Below, in pieces: positions 10,290 to 20,069 of a stretch of DNA of 64,000 bases; position 1 is the stretch's first letter, and each line of letters opens with the position of its first letter. The notes under the pieces were generated by a model. The model was not told the DNA's origin. It saw nothing but the letters and a program-made list of their open reading frames with translations, and made no database searches. The DNA lies in assembly GCA_963700635.1 (NCBI GenBank), contig CAVOYH010000003.1, forward strand, positions 800,001 to 864,000. The letters are read 5' to 3'. The stretch comes from an uncultured Bacteroidota bacterium. Its GTDB lineage: Bacteria; Bacteroidota; Ignavibacteria; UBA10030; UBA6906. The position numbers and the translations under genes were made by a program.

Positions 10290-11963
10290 ATGAGTGAGTA
10301 CCTTGTCACCGCCCGAAAATGGCGGCCGATGAAGTTTGAGGATGTTTCGGGTCAGGACCATGTGACGCGAACGCTCCGCAATGCGCTTTCTTCGTCGCGG
10401 CTGGCCCATGCCTACTTATTCAGCGGACCACGTGGTGTGGGCAAAACCACGACGGCACGTTTGCTGGCAAAGGCGGCAAACTGTGAACATCCACAGGACG
10501 CCAATCCGGATAACACGTGTCCGCATTGTGTTGAAATCACGGAAGGCCGCAGCTTTGATGTGCAGGAAATTGACGGCGCGTCCAATCGAGGGGTGGAGGA
10601 AATCCGGAACCTGCGCGAAGCGGTCAGGTATCCACCGGTCAAATGCGCCTACAAGGTCTATATCATCGATGAAGTGCATATGCTGACGAAGGAGGCCTTT
10701 AATGCTCTTCTGAAAACCCTGGAAGAGCCTCCTCCGCACATTCTTTTTATTTTTGCGACGACGGAACTGTCAAAAGTCCCTGCGACGATTCTCTCCCGCT
10801 GCCAGAGGTTTGATTTCCGGCGAATTTCGCACGTCAAAATCATCGCGAATCTCAAAACGATCGCGCATGAGGAAGGACTGCATGTCGACGATGACGCGCT
10901 GTCACTGATTGCCCGCAGGGGCGACGGTTCCCTGAGGGATGCGCAGAGTCTTTTTGATCAGGTGATTGCGCTGTGTGGAACCTCGGTGACGCTTGCCGCC
11001 ATGGAAGAGGCTCTGAATATTGTCGGGGTTGACGTCTACTTCCGTGTCACCGAATTGATGGAGCGTCAGGATGCGCAGGGGGCGCTTGTGCTGGTGGACG
11101 AGCTCATGAGTGGTGGCTACGATCTTCGCGAGTTCCTCTCCGGACTCATGGAACACTTCCGCAATTTGCTCGTTGCACGGGTTGTAGGGGCAACCGATCT
11201 GATTGAAGCTTCCGATGTCTATCGTACCCGCTACGGGGATACAGCAGCAAAGTTCTCCGTCAGCGATCTGCTCCGTGCACAACGCCTGGCACACGGTACC
11301 GATCAGGCATTGCGGTACACAGCCCAGCCCCGATTCCGGCTGGAAGCAGATCTTGTGCAGCTTGCCACGATGCCGCGAGCCGTTGACCTTGCCGGTCTTA
11401 TTGAGGGCATAGAAGATCTAAAAAAAAAGGGCAGATCTGAGGTTCCCTCTCCACAACCCTCGCCCGTGACACGACCGGTTGTTCCGGCTGCACGCATAAA
11501 TTCTCCCTCCTCAACCCGGCAATCGCCGTCCCCCGGTCGTGGTCAGATGGCTCCGCCGTCATCGCCTGTTGCACCTGTGCCGGCGTCCTCCGAGTCGGAG
11601 TCTGTGCAAGGCCGTGTTCCCAGTGAAGATGAAGTGCGTTCCCGGTGGGCAGAATACGTCGCCGAAGTATCCCGGCAAAAGATTTCCGTCGGCGTTGTGC
11701 TCGGCGCCACCACCCTTCTGGGTGTTTCACAGGGTACGATCCGCCTCGGGTGCGTGGACGAATTCCAGGAGTCCACAGTGCAACGGAACCGGGAAGTGCT
11801 GATGGATATTTTTGTCCGCGTGTTTAATGCCCGGGGCGTCATCAGGCCTGAAGTACAGAATGCTGCAGGAGAAGAAGGCGGAGGTGCAGCAAAGTCGCCC
11901 GCAGCAGAAGAGCATCCAGTCGTTCAGGCCCTGCGTCGTGAATTGGGAGCAGAACCACTCTAG
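10290..11963 (+). CDS. dnaX: DNA polymerase III subunit gamma/tau
   Basis: ARKWRP, GPRGVGKTT, IIDEVHML, SRCQRFDF, Pro/Ser-rich linker; ATG 10290. Confidence 0.97.
   Translation: MSEYLVTARKWRPMKFEDVSGQDHVTRTLRNALSSSRLAHAYLFSGPRGVGKTTTARLLAKAANCEHPQDANPDNTCPHCVEITEGRSFDVQEIDGASNRGVEEIRNLREAVRYPPVKCAYKVYIIDEVHMLTKEAFNALLKTLEEPPPHILFIFATTELSKVPATILSRCQRFDFRRISHVKIIANLKTIAHEEGLHVDDDALSLIARRGDGSLRDAQSLFDQVIALCGTSVTLAAMEEALNIVGVDVYFRVTELMERQDAQGALVLVDELMSGGYDLREFLSGLMEHFRNLLVARVVGATDLIEASDVYRTRYGDTAAKFSVSDLLRAQRLAHGTDQALRYTAQPRFRLEADLVQLATMPRAVDLAGLIEGIEDLKKKGRSEVPSPQPSPVTRPVVPAARINSPSSTRQSPSPGRGQMAPPSSPVAPVPASSESESVQGRVPSEDEVRSRWAEYVAEVSRQKISVGVVLGATTLLGVSQGTIRLGCVDEFQESTVQRNREVLMDIFVRVFNARGVIRPEVQNAAGEEGGGAAKSPAAEEHPVVQALRRELGAEPL
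11420..11440 (+). other. Putative dnaX recoding site (A9 run containing A_AAA_AAG) producing a gamma subunit
   Basis: CTA AAA AAA AAG; the -1 frame reaches TGA at 11438-11440 and the +1 frame reaches TGA at 11467-11469. Confidence 0.7.
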
Positions 11964-12359
11964 CCCCTCCCCTCTTTTTTTTCCATCCTGTCGGATTTTT
12001 TCCCTTCTCCCTGTAATCATTGGTGTGTGCATTATCATTAGTATGGACTGTACCCGATGATACAGAACAGAATCCCCCTTGGTAAGAGCGTGCTCACCGG
12101 TGCGGCCTCCGGACCCGGTCCGCGGCTGTGCGCGACGGCAGAGCGCCGGGAGGCGTGGCTGCACCGGGTGACATCGTGGTTTGCGTGGAGGTTCCAGGTT
12201 CCGGCCGAGCCGGTTCCGGGTAGCATGGACGGGAGGGCGGATGGGCGCGGGCGAACCGTCAAGCCTGACCGTGCGCTATTGTCCGGAACGCCAGCCGACT
12301 CCGTGGAAGTCCGCCATGGCAAACAGAGCCGCACCGGTGAGACGATTGCAGGGGGTGCA

Positions 12360-12794
12360 ATGAAGTGGACGACAATACTCTGCACCATGGGAGTGAGCGG
12401 GCTCCTGGGCATCAGTGCGGCTGACAAAGTCATCCATTGGGGCGTGTTCGTCTTTACCCTGCAACAAAATCCTCTGCTGCCGATGCCTCTCGCAGCGTCA
12501 ATCGGAGGCGCGGTGCTGGCGGTGGAATGCTTTCTGACCGTGGTTCTCCTTCTCCCGCGTACACGGCACACAGGTTTTTTTGTTGCCGCACTAGTGTTTA
12601 CGGTCTTTACCATCGTGATCGCCATCCTGATGATTGTAACCCCGGGCGAACGATGTGGATGTACGTTTCTGTTTGATTACGACAGGGCGGATTTCCGCCA
12701 TCTCACAATGAATGTCTTGCTGGCGCTGCTGAGCGCTTATCTCTGGTATGTGGAATCAAACGGTTCGTCCGCCGGGGCGATACGGCCAGTATAG
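12360..12794 (+). CDS. MauE/DoxX-family membrane protein (in-frame upstream start possible at 12057)
   Basis: Four hydrophobic helices, A.DK..W..F start, conserved E in helix 2, CGC motif before the last helix. Confidence 0.75.
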   Translation: MKWTTILCTMGVSGLLGISAADKVIHWGVFVFTLQQNPLLPMPLAASIGGAVLAVECFLTVVLLLPRTRHTGFFVAALVFTVFTIVIAILMIVTPGERCGCTFLFDYDRADFRHLTMNVLLALLSAYLWYVESNGSSAGAIRPV

Positions 12795-12841
12795 CCGTTC
12801 GCTTCCTTATTTAACTCTCACACTATCACACGGAGGGATGT

Positions 12842-13063
12842 ATGAATAGCACTCGGTCTCTCATCGCCCTGCTCCTGCTGGCGGGTATCTGCTGTGCAAC
12901 TCTGGTGGGCATTCCCGGGGAAGCTGCCGCGGCTCCTATCGGCTGCTCGTCGCTCGGGTGTGCCGGCGGTCCGGACAACTGTATGTCCGTCAGCATCACC
13001 ATCAAAGGCGCGGAAATAACGCTCACCTGTTACATCAAAGCGCCCCCGCTGCAAATCCATTAG
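12842..13063 (+). CDS. Small exported cysteine-rich peptide (73 aa precursor)
   Basis: GGAGG SD; signal peptide ending EAAA; mature part C-x4-C-x6-C-x15-C; fills the gap between two co-oriented genes. Confidence 0.75.
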   Translation: MNSTRSLIALLLLAGICCATLVGIPGEAAAAPIGCSSLGCAGGPDNCMSVSITIKGAEITLTCYIKAPPLQIH

Positions 13064-13111
13064 CTGTCGGATTCCGAGGCATAACAATACTTTCCAACGG
13101 GGAGGATCTCG

Positions 13112-14212
13112 GTGAAACGCGAACAACGGCTTCTCTTTATGCTTCTGGGAGTCATCGTTCTCGGCATGATTCTCGGACTTCTGCTGACTCCGCAGAAAGA
13201 TCCTGCCCGGGTGGAACTCCCCCTCCCCGCGGACCCGCGTGTGACCGGTACGGAAGAGATCAAGGCACAACGGGTTTCCGCGCGGACGTGGAAGATGCTG
13301 CATTTCGAACACCTCTTCGAGATCGGAACCCATCCCGACGAACTGCTGGGAGATCCGGTAGATGTGCAAACGGATAATAGCGGGAATGTGTACGTACTGG
13401 ACTGGAGTGACCGGTGTGTGAGGAAATTTTCTCCAACAGGTGCTCTTGTACAGGTTTACGGTGGAGTGTCCGGTCGCGGTCCTGGAGAATTCTCCAATCC
13501 CACCGCACTGGATGTCACACCTGACGGCGAGGTATGGATCTGCGACCCGGTGAACGGCCTCATCACCGTCTTTGCGGAAGATGGCTCGGTACGAAGAACA
13601 ATTCGTACAGATCGTCCTCCTCACCGGATCGCTCTTCTGGGGGAACACGGCTTCGTTGTCATCTTCTCTCCGGCCGGTGAATATCTTTTCCAGCGGTACG
13701 ACAGCGAAGGACGGCTTGTTGATACCTGCGGCACGGTGATGAACGAGCAGACACGGATGAGCGTGATTCTGGATGGACGATGCGCGGGATCGGCGGATGG
13801 ACGTTTTGTGTACGCGGGATACCGGGTCGGATTACTCGGTCTGTTCAACCCCGCACGAACACCGCATCTGTTCTTCGTGCACACCCTCGATCATCCCGGG
13901 CTGCCTAAAGTACTCACACAACACGCCGGCGACATGCATTACGTGCGCATCCATCCCGACGCCCCCCTGGTCTCACGGTGCGTGAGTCTGGTCGGCTCGC
14001 AGATTCATGTCCTGGCCGGCTTTCTCGATGGCGACAAGAAGAGTGTGATGGATGTGTACGATTTTACATCCGGCGTGTATAGACATTCCTATACGTTGCC
14101 AACAGGCACCGCGAGTGTCCGGCGAACAGACAGGAGGCTCTACTCGATTGTCGATACAACGGTTACGGCCTGGGGTGTGCTTGGTGATACTCTTTTTCAG
14201 GGCGGGATCTGA
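13112..14212 (+). CDS. Membrane-anchored NHL-repeat / six-bladed beta-propeller protein
   Basis: GGGGAGGA SD and GTG start; N-terminal TM; repeats PVDVQTDNSGNVYVLD and GRGPGEFSNPTALDVTPDGEVWICD. Confidence 0.85.
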   Translation: MKREQRLLFMLLGVIVLGMILGLLLTPQKDPARVELPLPADPRVTGTEEIKAQRVSARTWKMLHFEHLFEIGTHPDELLGDPVDVQTDNSGNVYVLDWSDRCVRKFSPTGALVQVYGGVSGRGPGEFSNPTALDVTPDGEVWICDPVNGLITVFAEDGSVRRTIRTDRPPHRIALLGEHGFVVIFSPAGEYLFQRYDSEGRLVDTCGTVMNEQTRMSVILDGRCAGSADGRFVYAGYRVGLLGLFNPARTPHLFFVHTLDHPGLPKVLTQHAGDMHYVRIHPDAPLVSRCVSLVGSQIHVLAGFLDGDKKSVMDVYDFTSGVYRHSYTLPTGTASVRRTDRRLYSIVDTTVTAWGVLGDTLFQGGI

Positions 14213-14373
14213 TACCATGGCCGGGGAGACTGCCCGAAAAGCACGTATATTGAGGTCGCTGACAGAAGCGTGGCCTTCAGGATTCACAGGGCCAGAACCG
14301 GATTCTTGACTCTGAAGCGGGATTTTTTGATTTTGGAGAGTAGGAGTCGGGTTTCACAGACTGTGGGAGTGGG

Positions 14374-15402
14374 ATGAGAGTACTCAGGTTGCTGTTGGTC
14401 ATGCTGGTTCTTCCGGTCACCTTTGGAGCGGCTCAGACAGGTGTAGCAAAATATGCCGGTGAATTCATCTCGCTGGGAGTTGGAGGCCGGGCCCTTGCGT
14501 TGGGAGGCGCATATGTTGCGCTGGCCAATGATGTGACTGCAGGGTACTGGAATCCCGCCGGTCTTGCCCGCATCAACTACCCTCAAATCGCACTCATGCA
14601 TGACGAACAATTCGGGTCGCTGGTGAACCACGACTACGGTGCTGTTGCGATACCCGTGGGGAGCCGGAGCAGCATCGGGCTCAGCCTTATCCGGCTGGGC
14701 GTCGATGACATACCGGACACGCGGAATGCGGGGGTGGATATTAACGGCAATGTGACGTATGATCCCACCCAATTCAGCCGGATTGACCCGGATCGTGTGA
14801 CATATTTTAATGCCGCTGATTACGCCCTCTATTTCACGTATGCACAGCGGTATTCCGACGACTTTACCTACGGCGCGAACGTGAAGTTTATCCGTCGGGA
14901 TCTTGGAGATGCCAGCGCCACCGGAATCGGGTTTGACATAGGCGTCTGGTACACGCCCTTTGAGAATATGGTCCTTGGGGCAAATGTTCAGGATATTACA
15001 ACGACCTTTCTGGCGTGGAGTACCGGCCGCAATGAACTCATCTCGCCGACCATGAAGGTCGGATCGGCGTATTTCATTGAGGCTCTCGGAGGGAAATTTG
15101 CACCCGCGCTGGATGTGGATGTGCGGTTTGAAAACCGCAAATACGCCTCAACGGCTCATCTGGGCCCGGTGAGCTTCGACCTGCGTGGCGGACTTGAATT
15201 TCAGTTTAAAGATCTGATTGCACTTCGGGCAGGCTATAGCGATGTAAAACAGCTTACAATGGGCGCGGGCGTACATCTGCCCAAACTGCACATCGATTAC
15301 TCCTTTGCCAAGTTTGACGCCGTAGGCCAGCTTGGCAACACCCACCGCATCTCCATGATGTTTACTCTGGAAACCGATCAATACCGCCGTGTGGCGGACT
15401 AA
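14374..15402 (+). CDS. PorV/PorQ-family (FadL-like) outer membrane barrel protein
   Basis: Signal peptide; GVGGRALALGGAYVALANDVTAGYWNPAGL; alternating beta-strand pattern; C-terminal IDYSF..LGNTHRIS. Confidence 0.8.
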   Translation: MRVLRLLLVMLVLPVTFGAAQTGVAKYAGEFISLGVGGRALALGGAYVALANDVTAGYWNPAGLARINYPQIALMHDEQFGSLVNHDYGAVAIPVGSRSSIGLSLIRLGVDDIPDTRNAGVDINGNVTYDPTQFSRIDPDRVTYFNAADYALYFTYAQRYSDDFTYGANVKFIRRDLGDASATGIGFDIGVWYTPFENMVLGANVQDITTTFLAWSTGRNELISPTMKVGSAYFIEALGGKFAPALDVDVRFENRKYASTAHLGPVSFDLRGGLEFQFKDLIALRAGYSDVKQLTMGAGVHLPKLHIDYSFAKFDAVGQLGNTHRISMMFTLETDQYRRVAD

Positions 15403-15405
15403 TCG

Positions 15406-17631
15406 TTATTTTGATTGCATGACAGCCACCCCATTCCAGTCGTCCGGGGGTGGTGCAATCATATAGGCTTCAATCCGCTGCAGGTGAAGAAGCGTGGGGT
15501 GATCACCGGGGCGCAGCAGGAGGGAAGCCTGAAACGCACTCCGTGCCCCCCGCCAGTCACGGTTGTAGTACAGCCGTTTTCCTTCCCCGTACAGTTCCAG
15601 AAACGCGCTGAGTTCACCGGAGACATCCGGGCCAGCCGGACAGAGTAACTCGTACGTTGTCACCGGCTCATTACGTCCCATGACGCTGATGCGGTCAAGT
15701 TCCCGGCCGATGATCTCTTCCCGGACGAGCACATATGTTCGTTCGCTCGTCATAATGCCTGTGTGGTATTCCCTGTTCGCACTTTCCAGTCTTGAGGCCA
15801 GATTCACGCTGTCTCCAATCACCGTGTAGGCGAACTTCCCCACTGCCCCCATGTTGCCCACAACCATCTCGCCCGTGTTAATGCCGATCCGGATACGAAT
15901 CGTTGGACGTCCCTTTTCCTTCCATGCCGCGTTCAGTCCGACGAGCGAATCCTGCATTGCGAGGGCACTCCGACACGCCCGCACGGCATGATCCTGTTGT
16001 GGTATCGGCGCGCCCCAGAATGCCATCACCGCATCCCCTTCGTATTTGTCCAGGGTACCGTTGTTCTGAAAGATGATGGTCGACATGATGTTCAGGTATT
16101 CGTTCAGAATGCCGACCAGATCTTCCGGAGGGAGATTTTCGGAAATGGCGGTGAAACCCATGATGTCGCTGAAGAGCACTGTCAGCTCTTCACGCTGTCC
16201 ACCCAGCACGAGCTTCTCAGGATGTGCAACCAGTTCATCCACAATGGTGGGGTTTACATAGGTGCTGAACATCGACTTAATAAGCATCCGCTCTTTCCGT
16301 TCCGTCACGAGGTGATATGTCGTGCTCATGGTATATCCGCCGAGAACTGCAAGAACGGCGTTCACGACACCCATGACATACTGATACGTGTTAAACAGGA
16401 AAAGGGCGAGCCCTCCGATGATCAGAATTGTTGACAGTGCATAGAGAAAGCCAAGCAGTCCAACGAGAAGGTGATGACGGGTTTTGACCTCGCGGAGTTG
16501 CGATGTCACAATAAACGTCACCAGGACAATCATCAGCGTAATTGCTGCCGAAGTCCAGGGTTGTTCCACGCGCAGAAAATCGTTCCGGAGAACACTCTCG
16601 ACGACGTTGGCGTGAATCTCCACCCCGTACATCAGATTGTCCCGTTTGCGCTGCCCTCGTGCAATGGCGACCGGAAACAGATCCTTGTATTCGGGAACAG
16701 TCACCCCGACAAGCACAATCTTGTCTTTAAAGGTCTGGTCATAGAGATATCCGAAAGCAGGATCGCTGAAGGTGTTAATCTGTTCCCCGCTCTCCAACTC
16801 ATCGGTGGTGACAACCGATGTGTCATCGATGACATCGTGAAATCTGATGTGGGGGAATGTCCCGTCAGGTCCATAAAAATTCACCAGGAGCGCCCCGGGG
16901 TCGTACCGGGGAATATCTCTCCCCGCGTAGAGGAAACCTCCGGTGTGCAGTGTCGGGACCGTCAGTGGTGGCAGGCCAAAGTACTTATTAAGGACGGCGA
17001 ACGCCAGTGTGGGCAATGCTCGTTCGTTCCCGTCCGCTGAGTCCACAACAAACATCGTGTTGTACGACCGGTACACGCCGTCGGCGTCATTGCGGATGTT
17101 CACAAGGCCCATAGAACGGTCGTAGGAGAAAAAAATGTTTCCGTAGGTCTCATTGGCGGAGGTGGTGACGTAGGCTTCATTGTCCGATTCGCGCTTGCCC
17201 GCAAGGACGCCGATTCCGGTTTCCAGAAGTGCGGCCCTCAACTCTTCATCATGGCGGGGGTCATACGAATCGGGATCGCTGAACAGGAGGTCAATGGCAA
17301 CGACGCGCGCACCGGCGGCCTTCAGATTGCGGAGAAGATGAGCGTAATAGGATCGGGGCCAGGGAAAGCGGTCAGGAAGCGAGCGGAAGGACTCCTCGGT
17401 AATCTCCACGATGACCACATGCAGGGAATCGGAGATCTTGGGTTCGACCCCGCGATACTGGAATCGGTAGTCAATGGTGGCCAGCTCAAGGCGCTTGAAC
17501 ACCCCGAGGCGCAGGATGGATTCCTGGGTGAAAATGATGATCAAGAGGGCCGCGCCGGCAGCCAGGGCCAGGCGCATGATCCAGTTTCGTTGTCCCGCAG
17601 AAAGCCGCCCCAGGGCCATCGGTGTTGTCAT
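15406..17631 (-). CDS. CHASE2-domain class III adenylyl cyclase
   Basis: CHASE2 motifs FPWPRSYYA, VVAIDLLF, MYGVEIHAN; three TM helices; cyclase motifs LFSDIMGFT, DKYEGDAVM, YTVIGDSVNLASRLE; ATG 17631 directly after the upstream stop. Confidence 0.93.
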   Translation of the reverse strand: MTTPMALGRLSAGQRNWIMRLALAAGAALLIIIFTQESILRLGVFKRLELATIDYRFQYRGVEPKISDSLHVVIVEITEESFRSLPDRFPWPRSYYAHLLRNLKAAGARVVAIDLLFSDPDSYDPRHDEELRAALLETGIGVLAGKRESDNEAYVTTSANETYGNIFFSYDRSMGLVNIRNDADGVYRSYNTMFVVDSADGNERALPTLAFAVLNKYFGLPPLTVPTLHTGGFLYAGRDIPRYDPGALLVNFYGPDGTFPHIRFHDVIDDTSVVTTDELESGEQINTFSDPAFGYLYDQTFKDKIVLVGVTVPEYKDLFPVAIARGQRKRDNLMYGVEIHANVVESVLRNDFLRVEQPWTSAAITLMIVLVTFIVTSQLREVKTRHHLLVGLLGFLYALSTILIIGGLALFLFNTYQYVMGVVNAVLAVLGGYTMSTTYHLVTERKERMLIKSMFSTYVNPTIVDELVAHPEKLVLGGQREELTVLFSDIMGFTAISENLPPEDLVGILNEYLNIMSTIIFQNNGTLDKYEGDAVMAFWGAPIPQQDHAVRACRSALAMQDSLVGLNAAWKEKGRPTIRIRIGINTGEMVVGNMGAVGKFAYTVIGDSVNLASRLESANREYHTGIMTSERTYVLVREEIIGRELDRISVMGRNEPVTTYELLCPAGPDVSGELSAFLELYGEGKRLYYNRDWRGARSAFQASLLLRPGDHPTLLHLQRIEAYMIAPPPDDWNGVAVMQSK

Positions 17632-17633
17632 GA

Positions 17634-20048
17634 TCAGAGAGAGTACCGGTACCGGAGACTCACGATGTTCTCGTTCGGCAGACCGTCGTTTTTGAAAAAA
17701 CTGATCTGGAAGATCAGCTGCATATCCGGGCGTGCGTTCCACTCCGTACCGAAGTCAAGCGCGATCCGGCGGTAATCACCAAAGGTCGGCGCAACGGTCG
17801 CGGCCAGAATGAGAACATTGCGGATAACGGTGTACCGTCCTGCGACGGAAAGAACTGAATAATTCAGGTCACGGCTCGCGCCACGGATAACGCCGTCCGG
17901 AATAGTGTTGAAGTATGTTGCCAGGGAAATCACTGTTCGCAGACGGATCTGGTACAACGTGGTGAGTCCGAGTTCCGCCGTGATAGTGCGAACGTCATAA
18001 TTCCGGATCGACGCATCCGCACGGTTTGATGTGGAAAAGCTCAACGAGGCGGTATGCCGGGCACCCAGCAGGAAATCATAGCTGCTCTGCACATACACGC
18101 GATTGGTTGCATTATCGACCGCCGAAAGACTGTCGCGTCCCGATACGCCGAGACCGTTGTCATTGTCGTACCGGGAAAACCCGACGGTAACCGTGGGAAT
18201 ATCGCGTCTTGGCAGGTATGTGGCGGCGATGTTGAAGTTGCTAAACACCGTGGTCCCCACCTTGGTGGCCGCGGTATTGTCCTGCAGCCGCTCGTATCCG
18301 AGCGTCAGATAAAGTTGGTTATCGATGAGACGGGCCCGGTCCACAAGCGAGAAGCCACGGATGTCTGTCTGCAGGAACGATTGACCGAATGAGGTGTAAT
18401 CGCTTCCCCGGTACAGGTACGTGAACTTGAATACATTATCGAAGTAGTTGAGTCCCACCCCGAGCTCATAGGCAAGCGTGGGAAGGCCGTGCAGTGTGAG
18501 GGGGCGGAAGTTATCATTCACCGTGATAAAGTTCCCGGCATAATCACGAAGGGTCTTGATTTGTTTGGCGTCGGAGGTGTACACCGAATCGATATAGGCG
18601 TCGGAAAACGAGCCGGAGGAGATGTCCGTGTTGTATGCACTGATTCCTGCCTGGCCGCTCACCTCAATACGGCGATCATCAAAACGCGCGACAAAATCCG
18701 TTCCCAGCACAACATTCTCTTTCGGACTGATACCGTATCTGATGGAGCCGGGATCGTCGCGCGCACTCAACCAGGAAAAACCGATTTCCCATGTTTCACG
18801 GTCGCCCACACTGGGACGGACGGCAAAAAGATTACGCGCGTAGGTGCCATACCCGAATTTTCCCCACGTTGTTGAATCCACCTGACCAAACGCAGCGGTG
18901 GAATCCCGTCGGAATTCTACACTAAAACTGTCAGCTGGAAAACTCCTGAAGAGCCGGCCTTCGATACCACGACTGATCTGACCGAGGCTGAGATCAAGAC
19001 CCAGGATACCATACTGGGCTGTCGTCTGAAGTCCACGCACCCGCCTGCCATTCAGGATAAGCTCCGGGAGCACCGGGTAGTGGTCGCCATAACCGGCCTT
19101 CACCCACGGCGTTTCCACCCCGAAATAATAGCGGTGCTGCGGTTGACGGTCCGATTGTTCATCGGATGTCAGGAAAAGGTTTGATGTGAATCCTACAATG
19201 CCGGTCTTTCCTTTGAACGTGGCTCCGACGCGGTTGAACCAGGTGCCTGTATTGCGTATCTGCTCGTGGCGTGATTCGACGTTGAGAGTCATTGAATAGG
19301 TGAACCCACGGACGGGCATCGGCGTGGTAAAAAGTTCTGCGCCTGTGCCGCGGATGACGAATGTCTGTTCCGCTGTCGAGGCCGGTTTTCCGTTTTGATC
19401 GAAGATGACAACCCTGACCGTATGGAAACCCGGTGTGAGAACCAACCCGTGATTCTCGGGGATATAGACAATAAGGTCTTCGCTGAAGACAGCCCCGGCG
19501 GTGACATCGATGTCATCGATCCTGATCTTTGTGCTCCGGAGCATGACCGTGGTGTCCGCGCGCAGCAACGAAACGGAAATGAACAGATCCTCCTGATCCA
19601 GCGTCTGGCCTGGTTCAGGACTCAGAAACAGTATCTGTTGTTGTTCTTCTTCCAGTATGGTCAGCCGGGAAGGCTGGAGGGGAGGGTTTGAAAGAGGATT
19701 CCCGCCTCCGTTGGGTGGATAGGATTCGACCACTCCGTTTGCATCGGTGAGAACGAGGTACAATTCCAGAAACGGCGGCCGGACATAGTTTGCAGCCAGC
19801 GTGTACTGTGCGGTGTTTCCGCGCAGGTCCATTTCGGCTCTACGATATGCTGTCGTCCCGAATGGCCTGTACATGAGCTGGATGTCAACGGCGCGGTGAC
19901 CCTGTTGCAGGTCGACGTTGAGAGTGACTGCCTTCCGCACCGGTGTCTCGCCGGGCGAAATGGAGAGCACGGAGCTGGAAAGCTGGGTAAACGCCGCCAT
20001 CGGGATGAGGAGCAGCCCCACGGCGGCACAGAGTGATCGAAGATTCAT
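17634..20048 (-). CDS. Large outer-membrane beta-barrel protein with N-terminal Ig-like domains
   Basis: Signal peptide; about 230 aa of beta-sandwich-like sequence, then amphipathic strands rich in Y/F/G/S/T; ends VSLRYRYSL. Confidence 0.65.
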   Translation of the reverse strand: MNLRSLCAAVGLLLIPMAAFTQLSSSVLSISPGETPVRKAVTLNVDLQQGHRAVDIQLMYRPFGTTAYRRAEMDLRGNTAQYTLAANYVRPPFLELYLVLTDANGVVESYPPNGGGNPLSNPPLQPSRLTILEEEQQQILFLSPEPGQTLDQEDLFISVSLLRADTTVMLRSTKIRIDDIDVTAGAVFSEDLIVYIPENHGLVLTPGFHTVRVVIFDQNGKPASTAEQTFVIRGTGAELFTTPMPVRGFTYSMTLNVESRHEQIRNTGTWFNRVGATFKGKTGIVGFTSNLFLTSDEQSDRQPQHRYYFGVETPWVKAGYGDHYPVLPELILNGRRVRGLQTTAQYGILGLDLSLGQISRGIEGRLFRSFPADSFSVEFRRDSTAAFGQVDSTTWGKFGYGTYARNLFAVRPSVGDRETWEIGFSWLSARDDPGSIRYGISPKENVVLGTDFVARFDDRRIEVSGQAGISAYNTDISSGSFSDAYIDSVYTSDAKQIKTLRDYAGNFITVNDNFRPLTLHGLPTLAYELGVGLNYFDNVFKFTYLYRGSDYTSFGQSFLQTDIRGFSLVDRARLIDNQLYLTLGYERLQDNTAATKVGTTVFSNFNIAATYLPRRDIPTVTVGFSRYDNDNGLGVSGRDSLSAVDNATNRVYVQSSYDFLLGARHTASLSFSTSNRADASIRNYDVRTITAELGLTTLYQIRLRTVISLATYFNTIPDGVIRGASRDLNYSVLSVAGRYTVIRNVLILAATVAPTFGDYRRIALDFGTEWNARPDMQLIFQISFFKNDGLPNENIVSLRYRYSL

Positions 20049-20069
20049 ACGCAGAAAGGATCCCGGGCG

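Noticed and set aside
11945-11982. GGGAG/CTCCC pairing plus T8 after dnaX
   Set aside because: Short stem, long loop and offset from the T run; too weak to call a terminator
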